Shown here: positions 16,917 through 26,444 of the stretch, in pieces
Layout: each line of letters opens with the position of its first letter
Position numbering within the stretch: the first letter of the stretch is position 1
NCBI GenBank assembly: GCA_024231215.1
Contig: JAAEQR010000142.1
Span: forward strand, 420,593 to 484,592
Length of the DNA: 64,000 nt
Source of the DNA: PVC group bacterium
GTDB taxonomy: Bacteria > Omnitrophota > Gorgyraeia > B26-G9
Direction of reading: 5' to 3'
Notes under the pieces: generated by a model
Told to the model about the DNA's origin: nothing
Database searches by the model: none
The model's input: the letters and a program-made list of their open reading frames with translations, nothing else
Program-made: the position numbers and the translations under genes

Positions 16917-16946
16917 CTTACTACTTACAGCTTATAGCTTACGGCT
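16917..16946. repeat. Heptamer tandem array, family B (4 units), overlapping subunit B stop
   Basis: CTTACTA CTTACAG CTTATAG CTTACGG; same unit as 58054-58088. Confidence 0.75.
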
Positions 16947-18270
16947 GCTTTTTCGGCCAGTATTTCTTAGTTATTTCTTCTTTAATTCCAACTTCTTCTT
17001 TCTTAAAATACGCCCCGAACAGCTTCCAGGAAGTATCAAGCATCTGATCAATTTCAACATTCACATCAATCGCTAATAATTCACGCGCATAATTTAATGC
17101 AAACTTCAGACATCGTTCATCATAATCGCTTAAATCAAATCCGTTTTCCTGTTTTGTTTTAGCGTTTGCCGCGTCCGCATAAAGACGTACACCCGCGTTC
17201 ATCACTTGAGGATGGTCTTCCCGACTGCGCTTACCAATAACCAACTGTTTCAAACGGGAAAGACTGCGGAACGGATCAACTATAACTTTGGAGATATCCG
17301 TATTGCGGCGTAAAAACAACTGACCTTCGGTGATATAGCCGGTGTTATCCGGGATAGCATGCGTAATATCACCGCCGCTTAAAGTCGTTACCGCGATAAT
17401 TGTAATTGATCCCTTTTCAAACTGCACTGCCTTTTCATATATTTTAGCCAGATCACTATAGAGTGATCCCGGCATACTATCTTTAGACGGGATTTGATCC
17501 ATACGATTGGATACAATGCTTAATGCATCACAAAACAAAGTCATATCCGTTAACAATACAAGAACATTCTCATTTTTCTCTACAGCAAAATATTCAGCCG
17601 CAGTAAGCGCCATATCCGGGATAAGCAGACGTTCAACCGGCGGATCATCTGTGGTATTAATAAAACACGAGATCTTTTCTAATACTCCGGCATCTTCAAA
17701 TACACGACGATAATACAGATAATCATCATTTGATAATCCCATACCACCTAATATAATTCTATCTGCTCCAGCACGTAAAGCTACATTGGCCATAACCTGA
17801 TTATACGGTTGATCCGAATCAGCAAAAAAAGGGATTTTCTGTCCGGTAACCAAAGTATTATTCAAATCAATTCCGGCAATACCGGTAGTAATCAATTCTG
17901 AAGGCTGCTGCCGACGTACCGGATTAACACTTGGGCCTCCAATAGCTGTTTTTACACCTTCTAACTCCGGACCTCCGTCAATCGGCTGACCATAAGCATT
18001 AAAAAATCTTCCAGAGAGATCAGAGCCTATTTTTAAAGTCGGCGGCTCTTTTAAAAATATAACATCCACATCATTTCCAATCCCCTGTGTCCCGGAAAAT
18101 ACCTGTAAGGTAACCAAGTCTCCCTGAATTTTCACTACCTGCGCCGGACGACCGTCAATTAAAGCCATCTCCTCGTTCATTACATCCTGAGCCCGTAAAG
18201 AACACGTTGCCTTAGTAATCTGTTCTATCTTTGTATATACTGTAGCAAAAGCTGAAGCCTGCCTCTTCAT
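16939..18270 (-). CDS. ntpB: V/A-type ATPase subunit B
   Basis: TGIAGIDLNNTLVTGQKIPFF, LLTDMT, PGSLYSDLA..YEKA, PDNTGYITEGQ, SLSRLK. Confidence 0.96.
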   Translation of the reverse strand: MKRQASAFATVYTKIEQITKATCSLRAQDVMNEEMALIDGRPAQVVKIQGDLVTLQVFSGTQGIGNDVDVIFLKEPPTLKIGSDLSGRFFNAYGQPIDGGPELEGVKTAIGGPSVNPVRRQQPSELITTGIAGIDLNNTLVTGQKIPFFADSDQPYNQVMANVALRAGADRIILGGMGLSNDDYLYYRRVFEDAGVLEKISCFINTTDDPPVERLLIPDMALTAAEYFAVEKNENVLVLLTDMTLFCDALSIVSNRMDQIPSKDSMPGSLYSDLAKIYEKAVQFEKGSITIIAVTTLSGGDITHAIPDNTGYITEGQLFLRRNTDISKVIVDPFRSLSRLKQLVIGKRSREDHPQVMNAGVRLYADAANAKTKQENGFDLSDYDERCLKFALNYARELLAIDVNVEIDQMLDTSWKLFGAYFKKEEVGIKEEITKKYWPKKQP

Positions 18271-18281
18271 AATATTACTCC

Positions 18282-20048
18282 TTAATTCTTATCATTAATA
18301 ACTCTCTCCATTAATGTACTTTGTAGTTCATCTTCAAATTTCTTAAACTCGTTATTTTGAAACTCAGAAAAATTCATCTGTTTTATAAGATTTATAAGCT
18401 TCTTGAAATATGGGGCAACATCTATAAAATTGTCAAAATCAAAATCATCTTTACATATATTATGGATAATATCCATCATATAGCGCTGTCTCTCCATAGA
18501 AGTAACTTTATCTACCGGATCAAACGCATCCTGCTGCAAAAATCCAAAATCTATCAATTCCGATTTCCAGTAAGCTTCGTGGTAGTCCGTAGGCACACTA
18601 TCATCACCCAAAATATTGATCTGGTCATAAGCTTCTTTTCCACGCAGCAAAATATCTCTTATAAACAACACCTTTTCCACCCAATGCGGTTCCAAATGTT
18701 TTTGCATGTATTCCTGAACTTCTTGATATTCAAGATACTTTGAATAGCTTTCAATTGTATCAATCGCCGGATATCTTCGGCTGTCTGCTCTTTTCTGAGC
18801 CAGAGCATAAAAACAACGTGCAACTTTTTTGGTTGATTCGGTAACCGGTTCTTTCAAATTACCTCCAGCCGGGCTAACCGTACCAATAAATGTAATCGAA
18901 CCTTTTTCTCCGTTATGCAATTCTACTAATCCGGATCGAGAATAAAAATTAGCAATAATTGCCGATAAATCCATCGGGAAAGCATCCGGCCCGGGCAGTT
19001 CTTCCATCCGATTGGACATCTCCCTTAAAGCTTGTGCCCAACGAGAAGTAGAATCAGCTAAAAGCAGTACTTTCAGGCCCATTTGCCGGTAATATTCACC
19101 AATTGTCATTGCCGTGTATACAGATGCTTCACGTGCTGCTACCGGCATATTTGAGGTATTACAAATAATGATTGTCCGTTCAATAAGTTTTCGGCCCGTA
19201 CGAGGATCATCTAATTCCGGATATTCTTTAAATATTTCTACCACTTCGTTTGCACGCTCCCCACAAGCACAAATAATTACCAAATCCACCTGAGCATTTG
19301 CAGCAATAATATGCTGCAATACTGTCTTCCCACAGCCAAATGGACCGGGAATAAATCCGGTCCCGCCTTCTACAATCGGATTGATTGTATCAATCAAGCG
19401 CACACCTGTTTCTAACGGCTTAAATGCAATCGGTTTATTCGCATATACTTTCACCGGAACTTTCACGGGTAATCGCTGAGACATTTGTATTTGCTGAGTC
19501 TTTCCGTCTGAGTTTTTTAGCACAGCAATCGTATCTTTGGTAGTATACTTACCTTTGGATTTCAGTGATTCTATTTCCCATAATCCGTCCAGTAAAAATG
19601 GAACCATTATTTTATGGTCGATCCAGTTTTCCTTTACCTGCCCAATCCAGTCCCCGGCCTGCACACGATCGCCAGGCTTGGCGATTGGTTCAAAATCCCA
19701 TTTTGTCTCATACGAAAAAGCCGGGGGCATCTCCCCCCTTTTCAGAAAAACTCCGGTCATTGCTTCTAGATCACTCTGTAATCCATCGTATCTTTTAGAT
19801 AATAGTCCCGGGCCAACCTCAACCTCAAGCATATGCTCGGTAAATTCAACCGGAGCACCCATTTTTAATCCACGAGTACTTTCAAATACCTGGGTAAATA
19901 CTTTTTGTCCATCGATCTTAATTACTTCGCCCTGGATATTTATATTATCCAACGTAATATGACATATTTCATTTTGACTTACCGGGCCATCCACCTCGAT
20001 AGTTACCAGGTTTGATACTACGCCAATTACTTTTCCTTTAGTCGCCAT
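18282..20048 (-). CDS. ntpA: V/A-type ATPase catalytic subunit A
   Basis: Walker A PGPFGCGKT, CGERANE, NTSNMPVAAREAS, ADSTSRWAQALRE, VSPAGG. Confidence 0.97.
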   Translation of the reverse strand: MATKGKVIGVVSNLVTIEVDGPVSQNEICHITLDNINIQGEVIKIDGQKVFTQVFESTRGLKMGAPVEFTEHMLEVEVGPGLLSKRYDGLQSDLEAMTGVFLKRGEMPPAFSYETKWDFEPIAKPGDRVQAGDWIGQVKENWIDHKIMVPFLLDGLWEIESLKSKGKYTTKDTIAVLKNSDGKTQQIQMSQRLPVKVPVKVYANKPIAFKPLETGVRLIDTINPIVEGGTGFIPGPFGCGKTVLQHIIAANAQVDLVIICACGERANEVVEIFKEYPELDDPRTGRKLIERTIIICNTSNMPVAAREASVYTAMTIGEYYRQMGLKVLLLADSTSRWAQALREMSNRMEELPGPDAFPMDLSAIIANFYSRSGLVELHNGEKGSITFIGTVSPAGGNLKEPVTESTKKVARCFYALAQKRADSRRYPAIDTIESYSKYLEYQEVQEYMQKHLEPHWVEKVLFIRDILLRGKEAYDQINILGDDSVPTDYHEAYWKSELIDFGFLQQDAFDPVDKVTSMERQRYMMDIIHNICKDDFDFDNFIDVAPYFKKLINLIKQMNFSEFQNNEFKKFEDELQSTLMERVINDKN

Positions 20049-20077
20049 TACATCCTCCGTATGAATTCTTTATAGTC

Positions 20078-20878
20078 TTAAGATATTTCCTGCATCGCTA
20101 CTTCAGTTATCTTGTTAAATACTTCGCTGCCTCTTTGCTCATCCAGCTGGATCCAGCGTTCTACCATCATTAGTTTCATAAGGTATCCTAACAATACATC
20201 TATTTCAAAATATTGGAACATATTGATCTGATCTATTTTCCCCCAGCGCAGCTGATCAATATATTTCTCACTGTGCACCGCATCATTATTATTAAAGCTC
20301 TCAATTAAAGCCTGAATATAATCAATTTCTCCGGATAATCCAAAGTCACCGGCATTACTAATTTTCAACTGATTAATAATATAAGAATCATCTTCAGCCT
20401 CAACTAAATTCACTTTTTCCAAATTAAACCTGCGTTTATTTAAAACTGCCAAAGTATTGCGCAGAGTCAAATCAAATTCAAAATAACAACGAATAAACTG
20501 ATTTTCATGTACTGTCATCTTAGAGTAGAACCCGGAAAACAACATCCTCTCTAATTCCTCACGCGAAAAAATAACATCTTCTCTTTTTTTTCGTTTAACT
20601 TCAGTCAGAAAAGAAGCTATATAATCATCTGCGACAAGTTCATGATCCTGCAGTTTTTCTTGCCATTCTTTTGCCTTGGGGCTATCAAGTCCAAGCACTG
20701 CGTCAACAATAGGTTTATTATCATATAGGCATAGAATATCCCTAACATAACCAAAATCTCTATCTATTAGACCCTCGGAAAGTTCGCTCACAAATTCTTT
20801 TACTCGATACGGCTCTTTATAATCATCTAAGTGCAATTCCGGCAACCCAGTAACTAAACAGTAATAATTATTTTTCAT
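20078..20878 (-). CDS. DUF2764-type V-ATPase-associated protein (subunit C-like)
   Basis: YYCLVTGLPEL N-term, FIRCYFEFDLTLRN, E..ID.LRW, C-term L.Y..KL...ERW; lies between E and A. Confidence 0.8.
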   Translation of the reverse strand: MKNNYYCLVTGLPELHLDDYKEPYRVKEFVSELSEGLIDRDFGYVRDILCLYDNKPIVDAVLGLDSPKAKEWQEKLQDHELVADDYIASFLTEVKRKKREDVIFSREELERMLFSGFYSKMTVHENQFIRCYFEFDLTLRNTLAVLNKRRFNLEKVNLVEAEDDSYIINQLKISNAGDFGLSGEIDYIQALIESFNNNDAVHSEKYIDQLRWGKIDQINMFQYFEIDVLLGYLMKLMMVERWIQLDEQRGSEVFNKITEVAMQEIS

Positions 20879-20884
20879 AGTTAT

Positions 20885-21505
20885 TTATTCCGACTTAAAA
20901 AGAAACTCTTTCATTCGGGGACGCAAAAAATAGTCAATCAATGATTTAAAATCAGCTTCCGTAAAACCAATCCGATAATTACCATCTTCCGGAGAGATAA
21001 CAAATCCGCTTTTGATATTTTCGTCAAATTCAATTTTCAACCCTTTGTCCAGTTCTTCTTTACCTTTCTCAAGCAAATACTCCTGGATATTCTTCTGCAT
21101 ATCTGCCGGTAATCTCAAATAAAACTGCTGTCCCTGGCTGTGACCGCCGCAAATCCATTCTTTCATAATTACAAGAACTGTCTTTTTCAGGAATTCAGAG
21201 TCATCTATTAACCCTGTTGCCGAAGATTTAGCTACTTTTTTAGAAATCATTCCCGTAATCTTCTGCCGCAAAAGAGATAAAGACTGTTGCGATGCCATCC
21301 TTATTTCTGATTCCGCCCGCTTTCTTAAGTCTTCTGCTTCCTTACGGGCCGCAGCTGTGATATCTTCTGCTTCCTGCCTGGCTGCACGTAATATCTTTTT
21401 CTTCTCTGCTTCTGCGGTTTGAATAATCTTTGCCGCCTCTTCTTTTGCTTTGCCAATACCTTCGTCGTAAATCTGTTTCGTCAGTTTTTCAAGCTTATCT
21501 GTCAT
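20885..21505 (-). CDS. ntpE: V/A-type ATPase subunit E
   Basis: KLEKLTKQIYDEGI.KA.EEA coiled coil, GFVISPEDG..I.FT...F...LRP; first gene of operon. Confidence 0.9.
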   Translation of the reverse strand: MTDKLEKLTKQIYDEGIGKAKEEAAKIIQTAEAEKKKILRAARQEAEDITAAARKEAEDLRKRAESEIRMASQQSLSLLRQKITGMISKKVAKSSATGLIDDSEFLKKTVLVIMKEWICGGHSQGQQFYLRLPADMQKNIQEYLLEKGKEELDKGLKIEFDENIKSGFVISPEDGNYRIGFTEADFKSLIDYFLRPRMKEFLFKSE

Positions 21506-21524
21506 TTTTTCACCTCTTTAATAA

Positions 21525-21551
21525 GTAGACGATTTACGGCACGTAAATCGT
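21525..21551 (+). repeat. GTAG-headed perfect palindrome (REP-like hairpin)
   Basis: GTAG overlapping into ACGATTTACG-GCA-CGTAAATCGT (10-bp perfect stem). Confidence 0.6.
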
Positions 21552-21660
21552 AGGCCTTAATTAAACCCCGTGTATCGAGGTAACTATAGATTAAAGTAGT
21601 TTTTATTATATACCAAGTAAGGCTGGAAATAAAGAGGAATATACTAGGATTGATCCTGGG

Positions 21661-22701
21661 CTAAATAGACTCTGCTATAAACAATGTGTATTTTATTTTC
21701 TCAAGATCCTGATCTAAAATATCAACAGGAATAAACTTTATTCTCCCTAAACTACGACGCTCTTCTTCTGTTGCGAATTCTTTTTGTACCTGTTCTTCCA
21801 CTGTCGTTTTAAAACTGGATACAACTTGTTTTATTGCACTATTTTGTTCACCCAGCACAACTACAGGAGATGAACTCTTATTCTTTTTTCTGCCTGGGAA
21901 TATGATATTACGTAATGTCTGTCCTATTCCCTGCTTTTGCTTTCCGCTCAATTCCTGTTCGATTTTTTCTGTCTGCCGCAGTATGTCAAACAAAATATCT
22001 TGCCGTTTCCACTTAGCCCCAAGATATCTTATCCATTCTACCCAGTTAATGACATTAGCCACAAAAAGAGTTATAATAGCTGCAGTTAAAAATCCCATTC
22101 CCATCACACAGCTAAACATCATAACGGCAATAGCCCCAAAAAACCCGCAAAATACCGACACAAATACAAAAACATATCCACTCTCATGGACTATTTTCGT
22201 ATTTTTCTTTGCCGCTTCTCTTTCCGCATTTTTCTTTGTCCGATATTCAGCATACCATCCCAAGCCTAGTATCCATAAAACCGAAATGACATAAAGAGGT
22301 ATGCCTTTTAAAACACATGCTAAGACACAAGTAGCACCTACAACCACTAGTCCTTTAAAACAAGCATCTATTAATACCTGGACCTCATCACTGTTGCATA
22401 AAAATGTCCACAACAATTGAATTTCATCACGAATAGTTTTTAATATAGATTCATTCTTATCTGGAACATTACTCTCTGCTGTCTCATCTATAGACTTATT
22501 TAGATTAATACTGAAAAGTTGCTGGATACTATTATGCGAAATAACAACTTGGGGAGATAATGTATCATTCTTGAATTGTATTGAAGTAGACGAGTAATTA
22601 TCATCAGCACTCCACGCAATATTACCAACAATCATCGCATGAATAATAATTACCGCTAAGCATTTGAATATTAAACTGTATTTAACTTGTCTTATAGTCA
22701 T
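21661..22701 (-). CDS. Hypothetical membrane protein with signal peptide
   Basis: 346-aa ORF; N-terminal hydrophobic signal ending AWS/A, about 4 central TM segments; no recognised motif. Confidence 0.65.
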   Translation of the reverse strand: MTIRQVKYSLIFKCLAVIIIHAMIVGNIAWSADDNYSSTSIQFKNDTLSPQVVISHNSIQQLFSINLNKSIDETAESNVPDKNESILKTIRDEIQLLWTFLCNSDEVQVLIDACFKGLVVVGATCVLACVLKGIPLYVISVLWILGLGWYAEYRTKKNAEREAAKKNTKIVHESGYVFVFVSVFCGFFGAIAVMMFSCVMGMGFLTAAIITLFVANVINWVEWIRYLGAKWKRQDILFDILRQTEKIEQELSGKQKQGIGQTLRNIIFPGRKKNKSSSPVVVLGEQNSAIKQVVSSFKTTVEEQVQKEFATEEERRSLGRIKFIPVDILDQDLEKIKYTLFIAESI

Positions 22702-22823
22702 TAGTTATACCTTGTCTAAATATGTCTGGCAAGTATACCACAGAATAAGGTTTTTACAAGCATATTTACATAACCAATTACTATAAAACATATTATGAAG
22801 ATTAATCGATATGCTTCGGTAGG

Positions 22824-23624
22824 TTAATTGCTATTATTAGGTAAGGATTCCTGAACACGGGTTATTGATCTTGCTTTTCCATCCTGTTCATCAATATCAA
22901 TAATTACTCCCTGCAATTGCACATTCTCTTCAGCAACTTCAAAACGAGTCGGTACATGGGTTAAAAAACGCACTAAAACTTGTTCTTTTTTACGGCCGAT
23001 AACTGAATCAATCGGCCCGGTCATTCCGACATCGGTAATATAAGCGGTATGATTATGCTCCGGAAGTATCCTTTCGTCTGCAGTCTGCACATGAGTATGA
23101 GTGCCTAAAACCGCAGTTGCCTTGCCGTTTAAATACCAGCCTAAGGCTACTTTTTCGCTGGTTGCTTCAGCATGAATATCCACAATCACAATATTGGTTT
23201 CCTGCTTAATTTTCTCAAGCAAAGCCATACTCGTATGAAAAGGACAGTCCAGAGAATCCATAAACACCCGGCCGTTAACATTAATAATTCCAACTTTAAC
23301 ACTATCATTAACCGGAATAACTACAGAGCCCTTACCTGCTGCACCTTCGGGATAATTGGCCGGACGAAGTAATCGCTCTTCTCCCGCGATTAGCTCCAAA
23401 GCTTCTCTGCGTTTAAAAATATGATCTCCGGAAGTAACAACATCCACCCCAGATCGTATCAACTGCTGAAAGATCTTGGGAGTTATCCCGGAACCGCCAG
23501 CCGCATTCTCTCCGTTAGCAATAACAAAGTTTATTCCCTCACGCTGTTTTAAAAGCGGTACGATTTTATCGACTGCTCTTCGGCCCGGCTCTCCGACAAT
23601 GTCACCGATCATAAGTATCTTCAT
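22824..23624 (-). CDS. ymdB: YmdB-family (TIGR00282) metallophosphoesterase; start moved to ATG 23624
   Basis: GDIVG.PGR, NGENAAGG.G, RPANYP, DIHAEATSEK, GTHTHVQTADE, DVGMTGP; follows rny. Confidence 0.93.
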   Translation of the reverse strand: MKILMIGDIVGEPGRRAVDKIVPLLKQREGINFVIANGENAAGGSGITPKIFQQLIRSGVDVVTSGDHIFKRREALELIAGEERLLRPANYPEGAAGKGSVVIPVNDSVKVGIINVNGRVFMDSLDCPFHTSMALLEKIKQETNIVIVDIHAEATSEKVALGWYLNGKATAVLGTHTHVQTADERILPEHNHTAYITDVGMTGPIDSVIGRKKEQVLVRFLTHVPTRFEVAEENVQLQGVIIDIDEQDGKARSITRVQESLPNNSN

Positions 23625-23645
23625 GGAAGTCCCTTTATTTAGAGT

Positions 23646-23720
23646 AATTCCAAATTCCACATTACAAATTCCAAATTAAAAGATTTTTAATCTGAGATAT
23701 GGAATCTGTAATCTGTGATT
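23646..23720. repeat. Inverted pair of heptamer arrays, family D
   Basis: AATTCCA AATTCCA CATTACA AATTCCA ... (TGGAATC TGTAATC TGTGATT) in rny-ymdB spacer. Confidence 0.75.
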
Positions 23721-25294
23721 TACTTCGCGTACTCTACAACTCTTTTTTCTCTAATAACCGTTACTTTTATCTGCCCCGGATAATCCAGCTCGTTTTCAAT
23801 CCGCTTGGCAATATCACGTGATAAGATCACTGATTCCTGATCTCCAATCTTATCCGGTTTAACTATAACTCTTATCTCACGGCCTGCCTGAATCGCAAAT
23901 GCCTTATCTACTCCTTTAAAAGAATCAGCTATTGATTCTAGTTTTGTCAACCGTTTAATATAACTCTCTAAGGTCTCTCTTCTGGCTCCAGGCCGGGTAG
24001 CACTTATCGCGTCCGCCGCCTGAACAAGCACCCCATAAATTGATTTAGATTCTACTTCATTATGATGCGCTGCTATTGCATTAAGTACCGTATCGTTTTC
24101 GCCGTATTTCCTGGCCAGATCAGAACCGATCCCGGCATGAGTCCCTTCCATATCATGATCCACTGCTTTACCAAGATCATGAAGTAACCCAATCCGTTTT
24201 GCTAAGTTAACATCAAACTCCAGCTCTCCCGCTAAAAGGCTCATAAGAAATGCTACTTCTTTAGCGTGCTGCAAGACATTCTGTCCATAACTGGTACGAT
24301 AGCGGAGTCTACCTAGAAGTTTAACTACCTCAGGATGTATTCGCTGTACTCCCACATCAAATACAGCCTTTTCCCCTTCTTCTTTCAAGCTTTGATCCAT
24401 CTCTTTCTTAACTTTCTCTACCACTTCTTCAATACGTGCCGGATGAATACGACCGTTTGTGATCAATCGTTCTAAAGACAACCTAGCAATCTCCCGACGA
24501 ATAGAATCGAACCCGGAAAGAGTTACCGCTTCGGGGGTATCATCTATAATCACATCAATTCCTGTAGCTACTTCCAAAGCCCGGATATTCCGGCCCTCAC
24601 GTCCAATAATCCGGCCTTTCATATCATCATTTGGCAGACTAACAACACTTACGGTTGATTCCACAGTATGTTCTGCCGCACAACGCTGAATCGCCAAACT
24701 GATCAGGTGTTTCGCTTTTTTATCTGCAGTGTCCTTTGCCTCGTCTTCTATTCTCTTAATCATCAAGTTGGCATCATAACGCACTTCATCTTCCATGTGT
24801 TGAAGCAATATTTTTCTTGCCTCTTCTGAACTCAAGCCGGAAACTCTCTGCAATTTATCTTTTTCTTCCAAAATTAATTGATTTAATTCATGTTCTTTTT
24901 GTTCATTCAGTTTTTCTTTTTCCGCAAACTGTCTCCCCCTCTGACTTACTTCACGTTCTTTCTTTTCCAATAAATCAAGTTTTCTTTCCAGATTCTCTTC
25001 CCTTTGAATCAACCGACGCTCCAAATTCAATAACTCCTGCCGCCTGTCTTTTGATTCCTTTTCGAACTCTATTCGGGTCTTATAAAGCAAATCTTTTGCC
25101 TCTAACCCAGCCTCTTTTTTCTTTGCCTGAACATAGCGGTCAGCGTCCTGCAAAATTTCTTTTGCTCTTTGTTCTGCTCCCACAATCTTCTTTTCTGCAA
25201 CAAAACGCCGATATATATATCCGGAAACAAAGAAAACTACAGCTACAAATATACCGATCAACATACTGATTGTATTTGCCATGACTATTTGCAC
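23720..25294 (-). CDS. rny: Ribonuclease Y (start GTG 25294 or ATG 25282)
   Basis: N-term TM, coiled coil, [45 protein letters not shown]. Confidence 0.97.
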   Translation of the reverse strand: MQIVMANTISMLIGIFVAVVFFVSGYIYRRFVAEKKIVGAEQRAKEILQDADRYVQAKKKEAGLEAKDLLYKTRIEFEKESKDRRQELLNLERRLIQREENLERKLDLLEKKEREVSQRGRQFAEKEKLNEQKEHELNQLILEEKDKLQRVSGLSSEEARKILLQHMEDEVRYDANLMIKRIEDEAKDTADKKAKHLISLAIQRCAAEHTVESTVSVVSLPNDDMKGRIIGREGRNIRALEVATGIDVIIDDTPEAVTLSGFDSIRREIARLSLERLITNGRIHPARIEEVVEKVKKEMDQSLKEEGEKAVFDVGVQRIHPEVVKLLGRLRYRTSYGQNVLQHAKEVAFLMSLLAGELEFDVNLAKRIGLLHDLGKAVDHDMEGTHAGIGSDLARKYGENDTVLNAIAAHHNEVESKSIYGVLVQAADAISATRPGARRETLESYIKRLTKLESIADSFKGVDKAFAIQAGREIRVIVKPDKIGDQESVILSRDIAKRIENELDYPGQIKVTVIREKRVVEYAK

Positions 25295-25414
25295 CTCCTC
25301 AAGAAATATCTAGGATTTCTCATATTACGTTAAACCTATGTGTCTAATATAAAGTCTAGGTTAAAGTGCAAAAAACGGGTAAGATGAAGCCTGAATTTTA
25401 AGTAAAGTCTGTTT

Positions 25415-25969
25415 TCAGGCGAAGATAAGCTTCGTAACGGGAATATCATGTTTCAAAACCGGCACTTGCCTTAGGATTTGTTGTTTAAAGGCAAGACCGA
25501 ACATCGGTATATTTCTCTTTTTGATTTTAGCCAGGAATCTATCAAAGTACCCTCCGCCACGGCCTAAACGATTGCCGAGACTATCAAATGCTAATCCAGG
25601 TACTATCACTAAATTAATACTTTTAAGCAAAACTTTCCGCATAAATTTTCTTTTCGGTTGATAGATTCCATAAGGACCTTCCCCTAGCTCTTTTTCAAAG
25701 TCTTTTAATCGGGAAGGAATTATCTTTTTTTCTTTTACCAATGTCATTGGAACAACTACTTTTTTCCCCATCTTAAGTGTATCTTTAATCATCTCAGACG
25801 TCTCTACTTCTCCGTCTTTTGCTATATAAAACATTACTGTATCTGCTTGTAAAAACTGCTTTTGTGAAAACAACTTCTTCTTTATCGCTAAACTTTTTTT
25901 AAGCCTCTGGGTCTCCTTTTGTCCCTTCAGCTTCTTTTTTATCTGTTCTCTTATTCGTTGTTTATCCAT
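25415..25969 (-). CDS. ygfA: 5-formyltetrahydrofolate cyclo-ligase
   Basis: GEVET, YGIYQP, VIVPGLAFD..GNRLGRGGGYFDRFL, HDIPV. Confidence 0.92.
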   Translation of the reverse strand: MDKQRIREQIKKKLKGQKETQRLKKSLAIKKKLFSQKQFLQADTVMFYIAKDGEVETSEMIKDTLKMGKKVVVPMTLVKEKKIIPSRLKDFEKELGEGPYGIYQPKRKFMRKVLLKSINLVIVPGLAFDSLGNRLGRGGGYFDRFLAKIKKRNIPMFGLAFKQQILRQVPVLKHDIPVTKLIFA

Positions 25970-25973
25970 TAAA

Positions 25974-26002
25974 ATTGTACCTTAAACCACTGAAAATGTC
26001 AA
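25974..26002 (-). promoter_or_regulatory. Putative sigma70 promoter for ygfA-rny-ymdB
   Basis: Minus strand TTGACA-17 nt-TACAAT, only 4 nt before the ATG. Confidence 0.6.
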
Positions 26003-26010
26003 GGACAGGG

Positions 26011-26397
26011 CTAATTTGCCTGAAACAGCCAGCCTGCTTTCCCCTTACGAAGTACATGTACAACATAAGAAAGCATGGCTATTGTCAAAAAAGCTTCTGC
26101 CCAGTCAAAATAGACTAAAATAATCCTTAAGGCCAGAATTCCATACACCGCTAACCGGCTCCATTGTTTTAAATCTTTTAAAATAATTCCCACATATATC
26201 TGAAAAGCTGATAATAAGAATAAAATTGTATTAAAAAAATAGGGAAAGACAAAAATACTGGTATTTGCTCCCAAAGCAACGAAATCATCTGCACTCATGA
26301 TCAACCCAATAACCCCATTGAGTATGACCAGAATAGAGGCAATTTTAACCTTTTTGCGTGCTTCTTCTATGCTCCAAGACTCTTGTTTAATCTTCAT
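26011..26397 (-). CDS. Hypothetical membrane protein (about 4 TM)
   Basis: 128-aa hydrophobic ORF filling the rnhB-ygfA gap on the coding strand. Confidence 0.65.
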   Translation of the reverse strand: MKIKQESWSIEEARKKVKIASILVILNGVIGLIMSADDFVALGANTSIFVFPYFFNTILFLLSAFQIYVGIILKDLKQWSRLAVYGILALRIILVYFDWAEAFLTIAMLSYVVHVLRKGKAGWLFQAN

Positions 26398-26444
26398 AAC
26401 GTAAATTATTATAGCATAACAAGGAAAAAGAAGGAAATGAATTA

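Noticed and set aside
25295-25414. 6S RNA or other ncRNA in the ygfA-rny spacer
   Set aside because: Only 120 nt with no long closed rod structure evident; partly explained by a MITE-end remnant
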